From the NCBI GenBank assembly GCA_003731675.1, contig RCNQ01000145.1:1-34318 (forward strand): 34,318 bases of DNA, given 5' to 3'. This stretch comes from Bacteroidetes/Chlorobi group bacterium ChocPot_Mid. GTDB taxonomy: Bacteria > Bacteroidota > Ignavibacteria > Kapaibacteriales > UBA2268. This document shows positions 24,568-34,248 of the stretch, in pieces. Under the pieces are notes generated by a model. The model saw nothing but the letters and a program-made list of their open reading frames with translations, did no database searches and had not been told where the DNA came from. The position numbers and the translations under genes are program-made. Position 1 is the first letter of the stretch. Each line of letters begins with the position of its first letter.

Positions 24568-25023
24568 TTATTTTCCGGAATTAAATACTCCATTTGTTAT
24601 GCTGTATTGCAAAGTGTTATTCTGCTTAACCAAGAAGTTAAATGTACCTTTTGCAATTGGATTTTGCCCATCAATAAAATTTTCAAGGACGACTGTTCCT
24701 TCAGTTGCTGTATCTTTTACATCGGTATGGTAGTAAACACCAAGAAAATCACCATCTTTTGAAAGATAATATGTGCCAGCTTTTATACTATCCATTGGTT
24801 CAAATTTTAAAATCAATTCCAAAGCAAGTTGTCCGCTTTCGCCGTAAATTCTTAATTGTTTCCTTGCAGGACCCAACATTACTTCTACATTTATTTTATC
24901 TGTTTGAAACTGATTACCATTAATCAATGCTTTTACTTGATTAGTTTCTTTACTGTTTGTAGTACTTTCGTTACAAGCATAAACTGTAAGTAATACTGCT
25001 ATTATCACAAAAAAATTTTTCAT
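24568..25023 (-). CDS. Hypothetical lipoprotein
   Basis: Signal peptide with a lipobox-like LLTVYAC. The mature part is beta-rich and I recognise no catalytic motif. Confidence 0.6.
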   Translation of the reverse strand: MKNFFVIIAVLLTVYACNESTTNSKETNQVKALINGNQFQTDKINVEVMLGPARKQLRIYGESGQLALELILKFEPMDSIKAGTYYLSKDGDFLGVYYHTDVKDTATEGTVVLENFIDGQNPIAKGTFNFLVKQNNTLQYSITNGVFNSGK

Positions 25024-25075
25024 AAATTCATTCTCATAATATTAAAATTATTTTTTACAATTTAGCAAAATATTT

Positions 25076-26197
25076 TCAAATATCACTCTTGAAAACTCCA
25101 GCTTGAGAGGATATATTCAGCAGAATTCCTATCGAAGCTGAATGAAAAATAACTGCAGTTCCCCCATAACTAATAAATGGCATTGGCAGTCCGGTTGTTG
25201 GCAACAACCCAATATTAACTCCTGCATTAATCAAAACATTAATACTTAATGTCATAATAATTCCAATAGCAAGAAAATATCCGAAACTATCAGGTGCATT
25301 TTTCGCAACTATCATCCCTCTCCAAAATATAAAACTGAAAACGCTGATTATTACTGCTGTACCAATAAATCCATATTCTTCTCCAACAATAGAAAAAATG
25401 AAATCACCATAAGATTCTGGTAAAAATAAATCTGACTGCCTTGACAAACCCGGACCTAAGCCAAATAGACCACCATTACCAAATGCTATTAGAGATTGTT
25501 GAAGTTGATAACTATAACTTTCAAGGTTTCCAACCTGCTCCGGACTTGCAAAAAATGCTTTTATTCTCTGCATCCAGTAACCTGATTTTATTAATACAAC
25601 TACAGATGCTATAAACATAGACACACCACCGATGGACAAAATATGCGATAGCTTGGTATTACCAATATACATCATTACCAGAGAAATCATTATAATAACC
25701 AATGTAGTTGATAAGTTGGGTTGCATGATTATTAACAGTGCTATAGCTCCTGTCCATATTAAAATAGGTAACATTCCTTTTTTAAAATCCTTAATTACTT
25801 CCTGCTTTCTCGTAATTAAAGCTGCGAGATGAATAACAAGAGCAAATTTGGCAAATTCCGATGGTTGGAATCTTAAAATTCCGAAATCAAGCCACCGTGA
25901 TGCACCTTTTGCCTGTATTCCTACCAACAATACAGTAATCAATAATACCAATGCACTAAGTATTAAAATCTTTGATATCTTTCTCCAAAATCGGTAATCT
26001 ATTTTTGCTATTACAATTATTATCAATAAACCGAAAAGAACCCTTGCCGAATGATTCCAGAACATTTTTTCTTCTGAACCAAACTTCAACTGTGCATAAG
26101 ATGAACTTGCACTATAAACAAATGCTATGCTGAAAAGCATTAAAAATGCTACAGATAATAATATATACCAATCAATATGATTCTTTGGTTCTTCCAT
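25076..26197 (-). CDS. ftsW: FtsW/RodA/SpoVE (SEDS) family peptidoglycan glycosyltransferase, probably FtsW
   Basis: About 10 TM helices. SEDS motifs include RWLDFGILRFQPSEFAK and PFISYGGTA. It lies immediately downstream of murD. Confidence 0.85.
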   Translation of the reverse strand: MEEPKNHIDWYILLSVAFLMLFSIAFVYSASSSYAQLKFGSEEKMFWNHSARVLFGLLIIIVIAKIDYRFWRKISKILILSALVLLITVLLVGIQAKGASRWLDFGILRFQPSEFAKFALVIHLAALITRKQEVIKDFKKGMLPILIWTGAIALLIIMQPNLSTTLVIIMISLVMMYIGNTKLSHILSIGGVSMFIASVVVLIKSGYWMQRIKAFFASPEQVGNLESYSYQLQQSLIAFGNGGLFGLGPGLSRQSDLFLPESYGDFIFSIVGEEYGFIGTAVIISVFSFIFWRGMIVAKNAPDSFGYFLAIGIIMTLSINVLINAGVNIGLLPTTGLPMPFISYGGTAVIFHSASIGILLNISSQAGVFKSDI

Positions 26198-26271
26198 TAC
26201 TTTTTTATATTAATCAAATAAACTATAAGGCTATAATCCCAATAGCTTAGCAATTATATGAATCCATTTTG

Positions 26272-27609
26272 CTAAGTTAGTTTGTTAACAATTTCTTTAA
26301 ACACTTCACCCCGATGTTCATAATTAACAAACATATCAAAAGATTTGCACGCAGGTGTAAAAAGCACAACATTGCTCGGAAGGGCAATATCCCTTGCTTT
26401 TTTAACAGCTGCTTCCAGACTGTCACATCTGTAGCATCTTAACATAGATGAAAAATGATTAAAAATATTATCAGCTTCTTCACCAATAGCTATGATGCAT
26501 TGCACATTCTTCTCCACAACTAAATCAAGCTCAGAATAATCATTCGAATCTCCTCTGCCACCGGCAATCCAAATAATTGGTTTCTTATAGCTTGATAATG
26601 CATACCATGTCGCATTAATATTTGTTGCTTTTGAATCATTGATGTAGTCAACACCATCAATATTCCTTACAAATTCAAGACGATGTTCGACTCCTTCAAA
26701 AGTCATCAAACTATCCCTGATATTTTCATTTGTAATCTCAAAAGCTCGAGCAGCTAAAGCGGCTGCCAATGAATTTTGGGCATTATGAATGCCCGGAATA
26801 CTTACTTCGTCAAAAGTCATTATAATCTCCTCATTATGCTGATTTGGAAAATTACAGCACATCTTTCCATTCTTGTTGTATATTCCCCCCACAACTTTAT
26901 TCATAGAAAAATATGCTACCTTACCTTTTGTATATGAAGCACCTTTCGATGCTAATTCGTCATCTGCGTTAAGTATTAATAAACAATTCTCGTCATGATT
27001 TTTTGCTATTTTATATTTCGTTAATGAATAATCCTCAAGACTACCATGATATGCAAGATGGTCAGGAGTAATATTCAATATCAGTCCTACTTGTGGTTTA
27101 AATTTTTCTATCCTGTCTAATTGATAACTGCTCACCTCGGCTACTATCACAGTATCAGCTTCTATGTCATCTACGACGTTAGATAAGGGATTACCAATAT
27201 TACCGGCAACAATAGCTTTCCTTCCTGATTTATTAAATATATGAGCTATCAGACTTGTTGTAGTTGTCTTTCCATTTGTACCTGTTATAGCTATTATGGG
27301 ATTTTTGCAGTACCAAAATGCAAACTCAAGTTCACTTATTATTCTGATTTTCCTTTTTTCCGCCTCTTTAATTATAAATGCTGTTCTTGGTACTCCGGGA
27401 GATGTAATTATCAAATCAGTATTTTCCAAAGCTCTTTCGCTGTTAGCTCCGAACTCAGAATCAATTTTGTTTTGTTTTAAAAAATCTAAAGTTTCTGGAA
27501 AGTCTTCTACTGGACGGCTTTCAGATAAAAATACGTCATGCTTATGTCTCTTAGCTAACAATGCTGCTGCTAAGCCACTACGAGCAGCTCCAATGACTGC
27601 GATATTCAT
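26272..27609 (-). CDS. murD: UDP-N-acetylmuramoyl-L-alanine--D-glutamate ligase
   Basis: N-terminal Rossmann motif IAVIGAARSG, the Mur ligase P-loop ITGTNGKTTT, and typical length and domain order. Confidence 0.9.
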   Translation of the reverse strand: MNIAVIGAARSGLAAALLAKRHKHDVFLSESRPVEDFPETLDFLKQNKIDSEFGANSERALENTDLIITSPGVPRTAFIIKEAEKRKIRIISELEFAFWYCKNPIIAITGTNGKTTTTSLIAHIFNKSGRKAIVAGNIGNPLSNVVDDIEADTVIVAEVSSYQLDRIEKFKPQVGLILNITPDHLAYHGSLEDYSLTKYKIAKNHDENCLLILNADDELASKGASYTKGKVAYFSMNKVVGGIYNKNGKMCCNFPNQHNEEIIMTFDEVSIPGIHNAQNSLAAALAARAFEITNENIRDSLMTFEGVEHRLEFVRNIDGVDYINDSKATNINATWYALSSYKKPIIWIAGGRGDSNDYSELDLVVEKNVQCIIAIGEEADNIFNHFSSMLRCYRCDSLEAAVKKARDIALPSNVVLFTPACKSFDMFVNYEHRGEVFKEIVNKLT

Positions 27610-27768
27610 TATCCCCCCAATTACAAATTTTGTTTATGCTGCAATGCAAAATTAAATAATATTTCTTCGATTGTGATAATAAATTTTCCAACATTTTTGA
27701 ACAGCAAAAAATATTTTTTATAAAATCAACTAATCGAATTATTAAATAACTGATAGTAATTATATTAT

Positions 27769-28419
27769 TTATAACGGTTTATCGTCAGGTATCAATGTGA
27801 AGTAATCAGTTGTGGAATCCTGATGAATTTGTAATACTCCAGCTCTGACAAGTCTTACAATCAACTGAGAAGCCCTCCTTTTAGAGATATTACATAGTCT
27901 TGAAAAATCCATGACAGTTACCTTAGGATGAATATTCAAATACTCCAGAAGTCTTTTTTCATTTTTTCCGATACTTAATTTAAGTGATTTAGCATCAGGA
28001 TTCATACCCTCCATTACTTTTACCATCTCCCTGCTTGCTATAACTGATTGTTCACCAACTCTAATATAAGCATTACTGTCTTCTGTATTTATTACCTTAT
28101 GAGGTTTTTTCTTGCCTTCTGGTATTGTTACAACAACAATATCTTTCCAGTTTATTTCAATTATTTCTATTTCTGCTTCGACGGGTGGGTCAAGATAAAA
28201 TGCACAAGCTTCTTCTATATAGTCAATTTCTCCTTTTTCATTATCAACTCCATAAATTGAACCATCATCATCAACTCCGAAAATTAAATATCCACCTTTT
28301 GTATTAGCCAATGCTGATATTTCCTTAGCAATTTTCTCAGGTGTTGTAAACTTTCTTTTAAATTCAGTTGTCGTTGACTCTCCTTCAAAAATAATATCTT
28401 TCAATTCAAGATAATCCAC
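27769..28419 (-). CDS. AlbA_2 (Schlafen-like, divergent AAA_4) domain protein with a C-terminal winged-HTH; putative nucleic-acid-binding regulator
   Basis: EGESTTTEFKRKF...ALANTKGGYLIFGVDDDGSI is the AlbA_2 signature. The C-terminal LLEYLNIHPKVTVMDFSRLCNISKRRASQLIVRLVRAGVL is HTH-like. Confidence 0.7.
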   Translation of the reverse strand: MDYLELKDIIFEGESTTTEFKRKFTTPEKIAKEISALANTKGGYLIFGVDDDGSIYGVDNEKGEIDYIEEACAFYLDPPVEAEIEIIEINWKDIVVVTIPEGKKKPHKVINTEDSNAYIRVGEQSVIASREMVKVMEGMNPDAKSLKLSIGKNEKRLLEYLNIHPKVTVMDFSRLCNISKRRASQLIVRLVRAGVLQIHQDSTTDYFTLIPDDKPL

Positions 28420-28437
28420 AACTCACCATAAAATAAA

Positions 28438-29013
28438 TTATTTATTACTACCTGTAAGTGTTCCGTCAGGTAAAACCATAGGATATTCAGGCAATGTTAA
28501 TCCCTTTTCAATTTTTTTCAATTTACTTTTTGCTAAAGTTTTTCTGATTGACGTCAATCTTTCGAAGAAAAGAATACCATCTAAATGGTCTATTTCATGT
28601 TGAATTACCCTGGAAAGTAAATTTCCTGCTTCCAATGTCTGCTGATTCCCATTCAAATCATAATATTTTACCTGAATAACATCGGGTCTCCAGACTTTAT
28701 CATTAAATTTGGGAATACTAAGGCAACCCTCATTCATTTCAACTTCCTCATCAGATTCTTCTTCAATTTCCGGATTGATTAACACTATTGGCGGATGTCT
28801 GTAATTCTCTTCACTGCTAATTGAAGTATCTACAATTAGTAAGGACTTAGAAATCCCAACCTGATTAGCCGCCAAACCTATTCCATCTGCTTTATACATA
28901 GTCTCGAACATATCCTCAACAAGTTTCTTGATGGAATCATCAATTTCTGTTACATCCTCAGTTTTTTTCTTCATTACAGGATGATAACAATTATAAATAG
29001 GTAATCGTGCCAT
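28438..29013 (-). CDS. def: Peptide deformylase
   Basis: The three canonical motifs are present: GIGLAANQVG, EGCLSIP and QHEIDHLDG. Confidence 0.92.
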   Translation of the reverse strand: MARLPIYNCYHPVMKKKTEDVTEIDDSIKKLVEDMFETMYKADGIGLAANQVGISKSLLIVDTSISSEENYRHPPIVLINPEIEEESDEEVEMNEGCLSIPKFNDKVWRPDVIQVKYYDLNGNQQTLEAGNLLSRVIQHEIDHLDGILFFERLTSIRKTLAKSKLKKIEKGLTLPEYPMVLPDGTLTGSNK

Positions 29014-29150
29014 ATTGCTATATCATAAAAAATTTTCTTAATAAATTATTTTTTTTCTCATAAATATCAAAAGATATTTCGACTCAATTTAGTAAATTAT
29101 ATTTTGAAAAAATGTAAAATATTATTTTTGAATAATAAAAAATAGTTTTT

Positions 29151-30308
29151 ATGAAATCAATCTCTCGACGTGAATTTGTTAAAAAAGGTGCTTCATTAGC
29201 ATTAGCCGGTAGCTTTTTAAAATATAACTTTGCAAAAGCTCAGAATACCAATGTCATCGAAAAACCAAAAACAAATATAGCAGATGCTTTTAAATACCCA
29301 AAAACTCAGCTGTCTTTGCCAGGGAAATACTCAGGAAAAGTTGTAGAAATACAAAATGAAATGGCTATTAACAATGGAAAATTTGATTACGAAGAAATTA
29401 GCTTTATGATTGACCAGGCAATGCTTATTTTAACGGAAAAGAAAAACAATAAAGAGGCATGGTCTCAGTTATTTTCACCTACCGACCGAATAGGTATTAA
29501 GGTCAATCCTGTCGGAGGAAAACTTCTCTCTACAAGTCACGAAGTTGTCAGGACTGTCATATCCGAGCTTGTGAACATCGGTGTCCCGTTAGAAAATATA
29601 ATCATTTGGGACAGAAGAGAATTTCAGCTTTTTGAAGCAGGATTTACTCCTGAAAATTTCCCGGCAGTCCAAATAATTGGCACAGAAAGAAAAGACAAAC
29701 AAGGTTCATTTTATGATGAAAACGGGCAATTATACAGTGAATCAATGATTGATAAGGATTGGTTCTATTGGGCTGATATTGATGGTGTTTATGATAGTGA
29801 AACATTACCTTATATGGTCAATGGGGGCAAATATTCATACTTTACTAAAATTGTTACTCAAATGGTTGATAAAATCATCAACATACCGGTTTTGAAAAAT
29901 GCTGGAACATCTATTACTGGTTGCCTGAAAAATATTGCCTACGGCTCAATCACCAATACAGGAAGATTACATAAGCAATTATGGGCTGAAACTTCAGCTG
30001 AAGTCCCTTGCTTTCCACCTATTCGGGACAAACTTGTATTAAATATTATGGACGGTATCAGAGGATGTTATGATGGAGGACCAGGTGCTAAACCAGAATT
30101 TATAACAGATTACAATACCATACTTCTTAGCTCAGACCCTGTGGCTGTTGATAGAATAAGCTTGGATATTGTTCTCAATAAAAGAAGAGAAATGGGTGTC
30201 CAAAAAGACATTGTTCCTTCATCTTATACTTTTTTGCAAATGGCAGAAAAAAATGGATTAGGTAATGCAGATTTAAATAATATTCAAATCAGAAAAATGG
30301 TTCTTTAG
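29151..30308 (+). CDS. Tat-exported DUF362 domain protein
   Basis: Twin-arginine signal MKSISRREFVKKGASLALAG. The body resembles the DUF362 family (IGIKVNPVGG..., DRISLD...). This family call is from memory and less certain than the Tat signal. Confidence 0.65.
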   Translation: MKSISRREFVKKGASLALAGSFLKYNFAKAQNTNVIEKPKTNIADAFKYPKTQLSLPGKYSGKVVEIQNEMAINNGKFDYEEISFMIDQAMLILTEKKNNKEAWSQLFSPTDRIGIKVNPVGGKLLSTSHEVVRTVISELVNIGVPLENIIIWDRREFQLFEAGFTPENFPAVQIIGTERKDKQGSFYDENGQLYSESMIDKDWFYWADIDGVYDSETLPYMVNGGKYSYFTKIVTQMVDKIINIPVLKNAGTSITGCLKNIAYGSITNTGRLHKQLWAETSAEVPCFPPIRDKLVLNIMDGIRGCYDGGPGAKPEFITDYNTILLSSDPVAVDRISLDIVLNKRREMGVQKDIVPSSYTFLQMAEKNGLGNADLNNIQIRKMVL

Positions 30309-30312
30309 CTAA

Positions 30313-31170
30313 ATGATGAAAAATATAGTAATATTTCTTTTTTTGCTTCATTATTACTCCTTGTGTGAGGAAACTATTAATATTGTATTGCCTCAATCAA
30401 TTAATTCTGATGTTGAGACAAAACAATTCAACAATAATTCTTTGTGGGGCTACCTAAACGGTGGAGCAGACTTGTATTTGGAATATGGTTTTAATGAATT
30501 AAAAGTATTTTCATTCGATTACAATAAAGAAAAAATTAAAGTTGAAATTTTCCAGATGCAAACTAATGAATCATCTTTTGGGATTTACTCTGTCAATCAT
30601 TTCAATTGTCTGAATATGAAGCCAGTCACTGAATATTTCTGTTCAAATAACTATAATGTTCAATTTGTAAAAGGTAATTACTATATATCAATAATAAATG
30701 AAACCGGAGATAAGGAAACTTATGATTTTTGCATTGACCTGGCTAAAAAACTAATACCTCAATTCAATTTTTCTGATTTAGTTTTTCCAAAATTATTATA
30801 CAAAAAGAATTTTCAGCAAATTTCTGATAGAATCAGATTATTTAAAGGACAATTGGGCTTTCAAAACATTAATAGTTCACTATCAGAATTGTTAAAATTA
30901 GATTGCAAATATTCGGCATTTATATCCGAATTAAATGCCGCAGAAGGATATTCCGATTTCATTTTATTTAAATTCAATACTCTAAATGACTTAAACAATT
31001 TTATTAATAATAATGAAATTATCCTAAGTGAAGAAAAAAAACTATTTTTTGATGATGAAAATTTGTATCTTTACAATAAAAGTATTGGAAATTTAGAAAT
31101 GATTATGTTGATTTCAAATAACATATCGAATCTTAAAGCATTTTATGAGAAATATTTAGGTGATGATTGA
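30313..31170 (+). CDS. Hypothetical secreted protein
   Basis: Hydrophobic N-terminus MMKNIVIFLFLLHYYSLC. No motifs recognised. It starts 4 nt after the DUF362 gene and overlaps the sirtuin gene. Confidence 0.55.
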   Translation: MMKNIVIFLFLLHYYSLCEETINIVLPQSINSDVETKQFNNNSLWGYLNGGADLYLEYGFNELKVFSFDYNKEKIKVEIFQMQTNESSFGIYSVNHFNCLNMKPVTEYFCSNNYNVQFVKGNYYISIINETGDKETYDFCIDLAKKLIPQFNFSDLVFPKLLYKKNFQQISDRIRLFKGQLGFQNINSSLSELLKLDCKYSAFISELNAAEGYSDFILFKFNTLNDLNNFINNNEIILSEEKKLFFDDENLYLYNKSIGNLEMIMLISNNISNLKAFYEKYLGDD

Positions 31171-32002
31171 TTTAAATGAAAATATCAAATTAGCCGCAGA
31201 TGCCTTGAACAACGCTGAAGCTATCTTGATTAATGCTGGTGCAGGTATGGGAGTTGATTCCGGGTTGCCTGATTTTCGTGGTAATCAGGGGTTTTGGAAA
31301 GCATATCCACCTATAGCGAAGCTTGGAATTTCATTCACTGAAATGGCTAACCCAGATTGGTTTACTTCAAATCCTAAACTTGCATGGGGCTTTTATGGAC
31401 ATAGATTAAATCTTTATCGGAAAACTGAACCTCACAATGGATTTAAATTATTACACGAGTTAGTTAAAAGTAAATCTGACAAATACTTTGTATTTACATC
31501 AAATGTAGATGGTCAGTTTCAAAAAGCAGGATTTGATGAGAATAAAATTGCAGAATGCCACGGTTCTATTCATCACCTGCAATGCCACTCAAATTGCAGT
31601 GATGACATTTGGAGTGCAGAGGATTTACAAATTGAAGTTGATGAACAAGAATTGTTAGCTAAAGAACCATTGCCCAAATGCAGAAATTGCGGAAGGATTG
31701 CAAGACCAAATATTTTAATGTTTGGTGATTGGGGCTGGCTTGATAAACGCACTTCAGTTCAAGAACTTCGTTTGGATAAATGGTTAAATTCAATTGTAAA
31801 CAAGAGAATTGTAATTTTAGAATTCGGAGCTGGACACGCAGTGCCTACAGTCCGATATAAATCCGAATCAGTCGCCGCATCACGCAATGCAATTCTCATC
31901 AGGATTAATCCAAATGATTACTCTGTACCTCACGGACATATCCCAATTCCATTAGGTGCCAAGGAAGGAATAGAAAGAATTATCAGCACTATGTTGATTT
32001 AA
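31163..32002 (+). CDS. Sir2-family NAD-dependent protein deacylase (sirtuin)
   Basis: GAGMGVDSGLPDFRGNQGFW, TSNVDGQF, catalytic ECHGS, zinc-module cysteines (CHSNC and CRNCG), and RPNILMFGD. The ORF-track start at 31160 is GTG; ATG at 31163 is an equally good start. Confidence 0.85.
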   Translation: MIDLNENIKLAADALNNAEAILINAGAGMGVDSGLPDFRGNQGFWKAYPPIAKLGISFTEMANPDWFTSNPKLAWGFYGHRLNLYRKTEPHNGFKLLHELVKSKSDKYFVFTSNVDGQFQKAGFDENKIAECHGSIHHLQCHSNCSDDIWSAEDLQIEVDEQELLAKEPLPKCRNCGRIARPNILMFGDWGWLDKRTSVQELRLDKWLNSIVNKRIVILEFGAGHAVPTVRYKSESVAASRNAILIRINPNDYSVPHGHIPIPLGAKEGIERIISTMLI

Positions 32003-32015
32003 TGTCTGTTTATTT

Positions 32016-33959
32016 TCAAAAAAGCATAAAACCGACTTTAAAAAGAAAAGCTGAAAATGTAGCAACTATGATAGAAAATATTGATGCTGTTATTGCTGTT
32101 TTTCTGCCAAATTCTTTCCATAATACTACAAGTGTTGCAAGACAAGGAAAATATAATGTTACAAAAATTATGAAAATCATAATTTGTTCAAGCGACATAG
32201 GAAGTTGTGATAATGATTTTACTCCCATTGCCTGATTTGCCATTACTATTATTAGTTCTTTTCTTAAAAATCCGAAAACAAGTGTTGACCCTAATTGCTC
32301 AGGTAAACCAAGTATGTATGTTAAAATAGGAGCGAATATCTTATTTATGTAATGTCCGACATTGAAATATTCTATCCAGCCGAGTACTATACTCCCACCG
32401 ATGAGAAATATGATGGCTTCACGAATGAAGTCTTTTATTTTATACCATGTCCTTTTCAATGAGATTGATATAGATGGTAGTTTCAAGGTTGGGATATCCA
32501 TAATCAAACCGGTCGGTTTTGTCAGGATTTTTGATAGTATTTTACTGCTTATTGAAATAACTATCAGGACAAAAATAAAAACAATTATTGCCCAGATAGG
32601 TCCGGCAAAAGCGGCTGTCAGTGCAAATATAACTGCTATACGCGCTGTACAGGGTATAAATGGTAGTAAAACTGCGGTAATCATTCTGTCGCGTTTGTTT
32701 TCTATCATTCTTGTTGCATAAAGTGCAGGAACAGAGCATCCGAAACCTAAAACGAATGGTGCAACAGATTTTCCATGAAGTCCTATTTTATGCATAATGG
32801 CATCTAACAGAAATGCTATACGTGTTATATATCCAGTATCTTCGAAAAGAGAAGTCAGAAATACCAATGGTAGAAAATAGGGGAGAACTATTCCCATAAC
32901 ACCTGCAAAACCCATATAAGCTCCATTTATAGTGTGCCACCAAAAAGGATGTGTTTGTGACAGCGGAGCAAATAATTCAGATAAATGATTTATTGGAGCA
33001 TCAACTAAAGATGTCAGGTAATTACCTACAAGAAAAATCGTGAAGAAATAAGAACCAAAAAATAATAGCAGAAAAAAATATCCGCCGACAGGATGCAACA
33101 AAAATGAATCTAATTTTTCACTTATTGGTCTTTCCCTCCTTTTGACTACCTGACTTATATCTTCAGCAATTTTCATTGCAAGGTGATGTCTTTCGTAGGA
33201 TATTGTTTCGAAGGCATCCATTCTGTGATGAGTATGCAAATCTTCCGCAATTATTTTTGATTTTTTGTTTGTTACCTTAATTAAATCATCATTAAGTATT
33301 TCTGGGTTTTCTATTGATTTAATAGCAAAAAATCTTGATGACCCTGTTATTGCTTTTGAATTGGTTGTATTAGAATCACGTTCCTGAAGGTAATTATCAA
33401 TTTCGTTCTGTATATCTAATATTTGAACTTCAAGATGATGTGTATATGGTAAAATAACAGGTCTATATTCTTTGTTTGTTAAACTAAAATAGCATTTGTC
33501 TGCTAACTTACGTATTCCTTTCCCATATCGTGCTGAAGTAAATTGAACAGGAATATTTAACTGTCTCTTTAATTCATCTACATTTATTTTTAATCCAAGC
33601 TGTTCAGCTTCATCCTGCATATTCATAGCAATCACCATGGGAACACCTAACTCTATCAATTCAACAGTCAGTTCCAGACTTCTTGCCAACATTGTTGAAT
33701 TAACAACATTAATTATCAAGTCAATTTTATTATTCAAAAGAAAATCAACTGTAAGTTTTTCTGCCGGGTCATTCGGATTTAATGAATAAATACCTGGTAA
33801 ATCAACAATATGAACAATTTCACCGTTTAAGTCTATTTCTGATGTTCGGTATTCAAAAGTTGTTCCTGACGAAGGAGTGTTAATATCGCTCATAATATCG
33901 AATAATGAGCTTTTACCTGAGCCATGCTGTCCAACGAAAACTACAGTTTTAGTTTTCAT
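32016..33959 (-). CDS. feoB: Ferrous iron transport protein B
   Basis: N-terminal G-domain (G1 GQHGSGKS, G3 DLPG, G4 NMQD) followed by a polytopic membrane domain with the gate-type motif GFGCSVPA. It overlaps feoA by 11 nt. Confidence 0.9.
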   Translation of the reverse strand: MKTKTVVFVGQHGSGKSSLFDIMSDINTPSSGTTFEYRTSEIDLNGEIVHIVDLPGIYSLNPNDPAEKLTVDFLLNNKIDLIINVVNSTMLARSLELTVELIELGVPMVIAMNMQDEAEQLGLKINVDELKRQLNIPVQFTSARYGKGIRKLADKCYFSLTNKEYRPVILPYTHHLEVQILDIQNEIDNYLQERDSNTTNSKAITGSSRFFAIKSIENPEILNDDLIKVTNKKSKIIAEDLHTHHRMDAFETISYERHHLAMKIAEDISQVVKRRERPISEKLDSFLLHPVGGYFFLLLFFGSYFFTIFLVGNYLTSLVDAPINHLSELFAPLSQTHPFWWHTINGAYMGFAGVMGIVLPYFLPLVFLTSLFEDTGYITRIAFLLDAIMHKIGLHGKSVAPFVLGFGCSVPALYATRMIENKRDRMITAVLLPFIPCTARIAVIFALTAAFAGPIWAIIVFIFVLIVISISSKILSKILTKPTGLIMDIPTLKLPSISISLKRTWYKIKDFIREAIIFLIGGSIVLGWIEYFNVGHYINKIFAPILTYILGLPEQLGSTLVFGFLRKELIIVMANQAMGVKSLSQLPMSLEQIMIFIIFVTLYFPCLATLVVLWKEFGRKTAITASIFSIIVATFSAFLFKVGFMLF

Positions 33960-34191
33960 ATTCTACAAGAATTTTTTCAGCTAAACCACGTCCCAATGCT
34001 AATTTATTTTGACCATTTGATATATTCTGAACAAGTACTGGACCCCATTTGGGATTATTTAACTTAATGATTTCATCATCAATATGGATACCCATGGCAG
34101 TAAGTCTTCTTAGGGCTTCTTTGCCTGTAGCTATCGAATTGATTTTTAATTTTTTTTCTGCTTGTGCTTCTGCTAAACTCATTTTCTTCAT
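33949..34191 (-). CDS. feoA: FeoA-family protein
   Basis: 80-aa SH3-like FeoA pattern (LKINSI..G.EALRRLTAMGIHIDDEI) directly upstream of, and overlapping, feoB. Confidence 0.8.
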   Translation of the reverse strand: MKKMSLAEAQAEKKLKINSIATGKEALRRLTAMGIHIDDEIIKLNNPKWGPVLVQNISNGQNKLALGRGLAEKILVEYEN

Positions 34192-34219
34192 TTTCCATTA
34201 TGTTCTCTTTAATAACGTC

Positions 34220-34248
34220 TAACAATTCCATTTATTTAGGAATTGCTA
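34220..34248. promoter_or_regulatory. Inverted repeat TAACAATTCC-N9-GGAATTGCTA upstream of feoA; candidate metalloregulator operator
   Basis: 9 of 10 positions are complementary between the arms. It lies 29-57 nt upstream of the feoA ATG on the minus strand. Function is inferred only from position. Confidence 0.3.

Noticed and set aside
24518-24762. Two overlapping plus-strand ORFs (71 and 70 aa) after lnt.
   Set aside because: They overlap the 3' part of the minus-strand lipoprotein gene, which has a proper signal peptide and lipobox. Neither has recognisable features.
27241-27655. 79-aa and 119-aa plus-strand ORFs overlapping murD. The 77-aa (32002-32235) and 119-aa (32362-32721) plus-strand ORFs overlapping feoB are similar.
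   Set aside because: They are antisense to confidently identified housekeeping genes and their translations are hydrophobic, low-complexity sequences expected from AT-rich antisense frames.
31163-32002. The Sir2 gene as an anti-phage NADase system (Thoeris ThsA, DSR, SIR2-HerA or SIR2-pAgo type).
   Set aside because: The protein has the full canonical sirtuin motif set, including the zinc-binding cysteines, and is only 280 aa. There is no SLOG, TIR, HerA, pAgo or helicase partner nearby. A housekeeping deacylase is more parsimonious.
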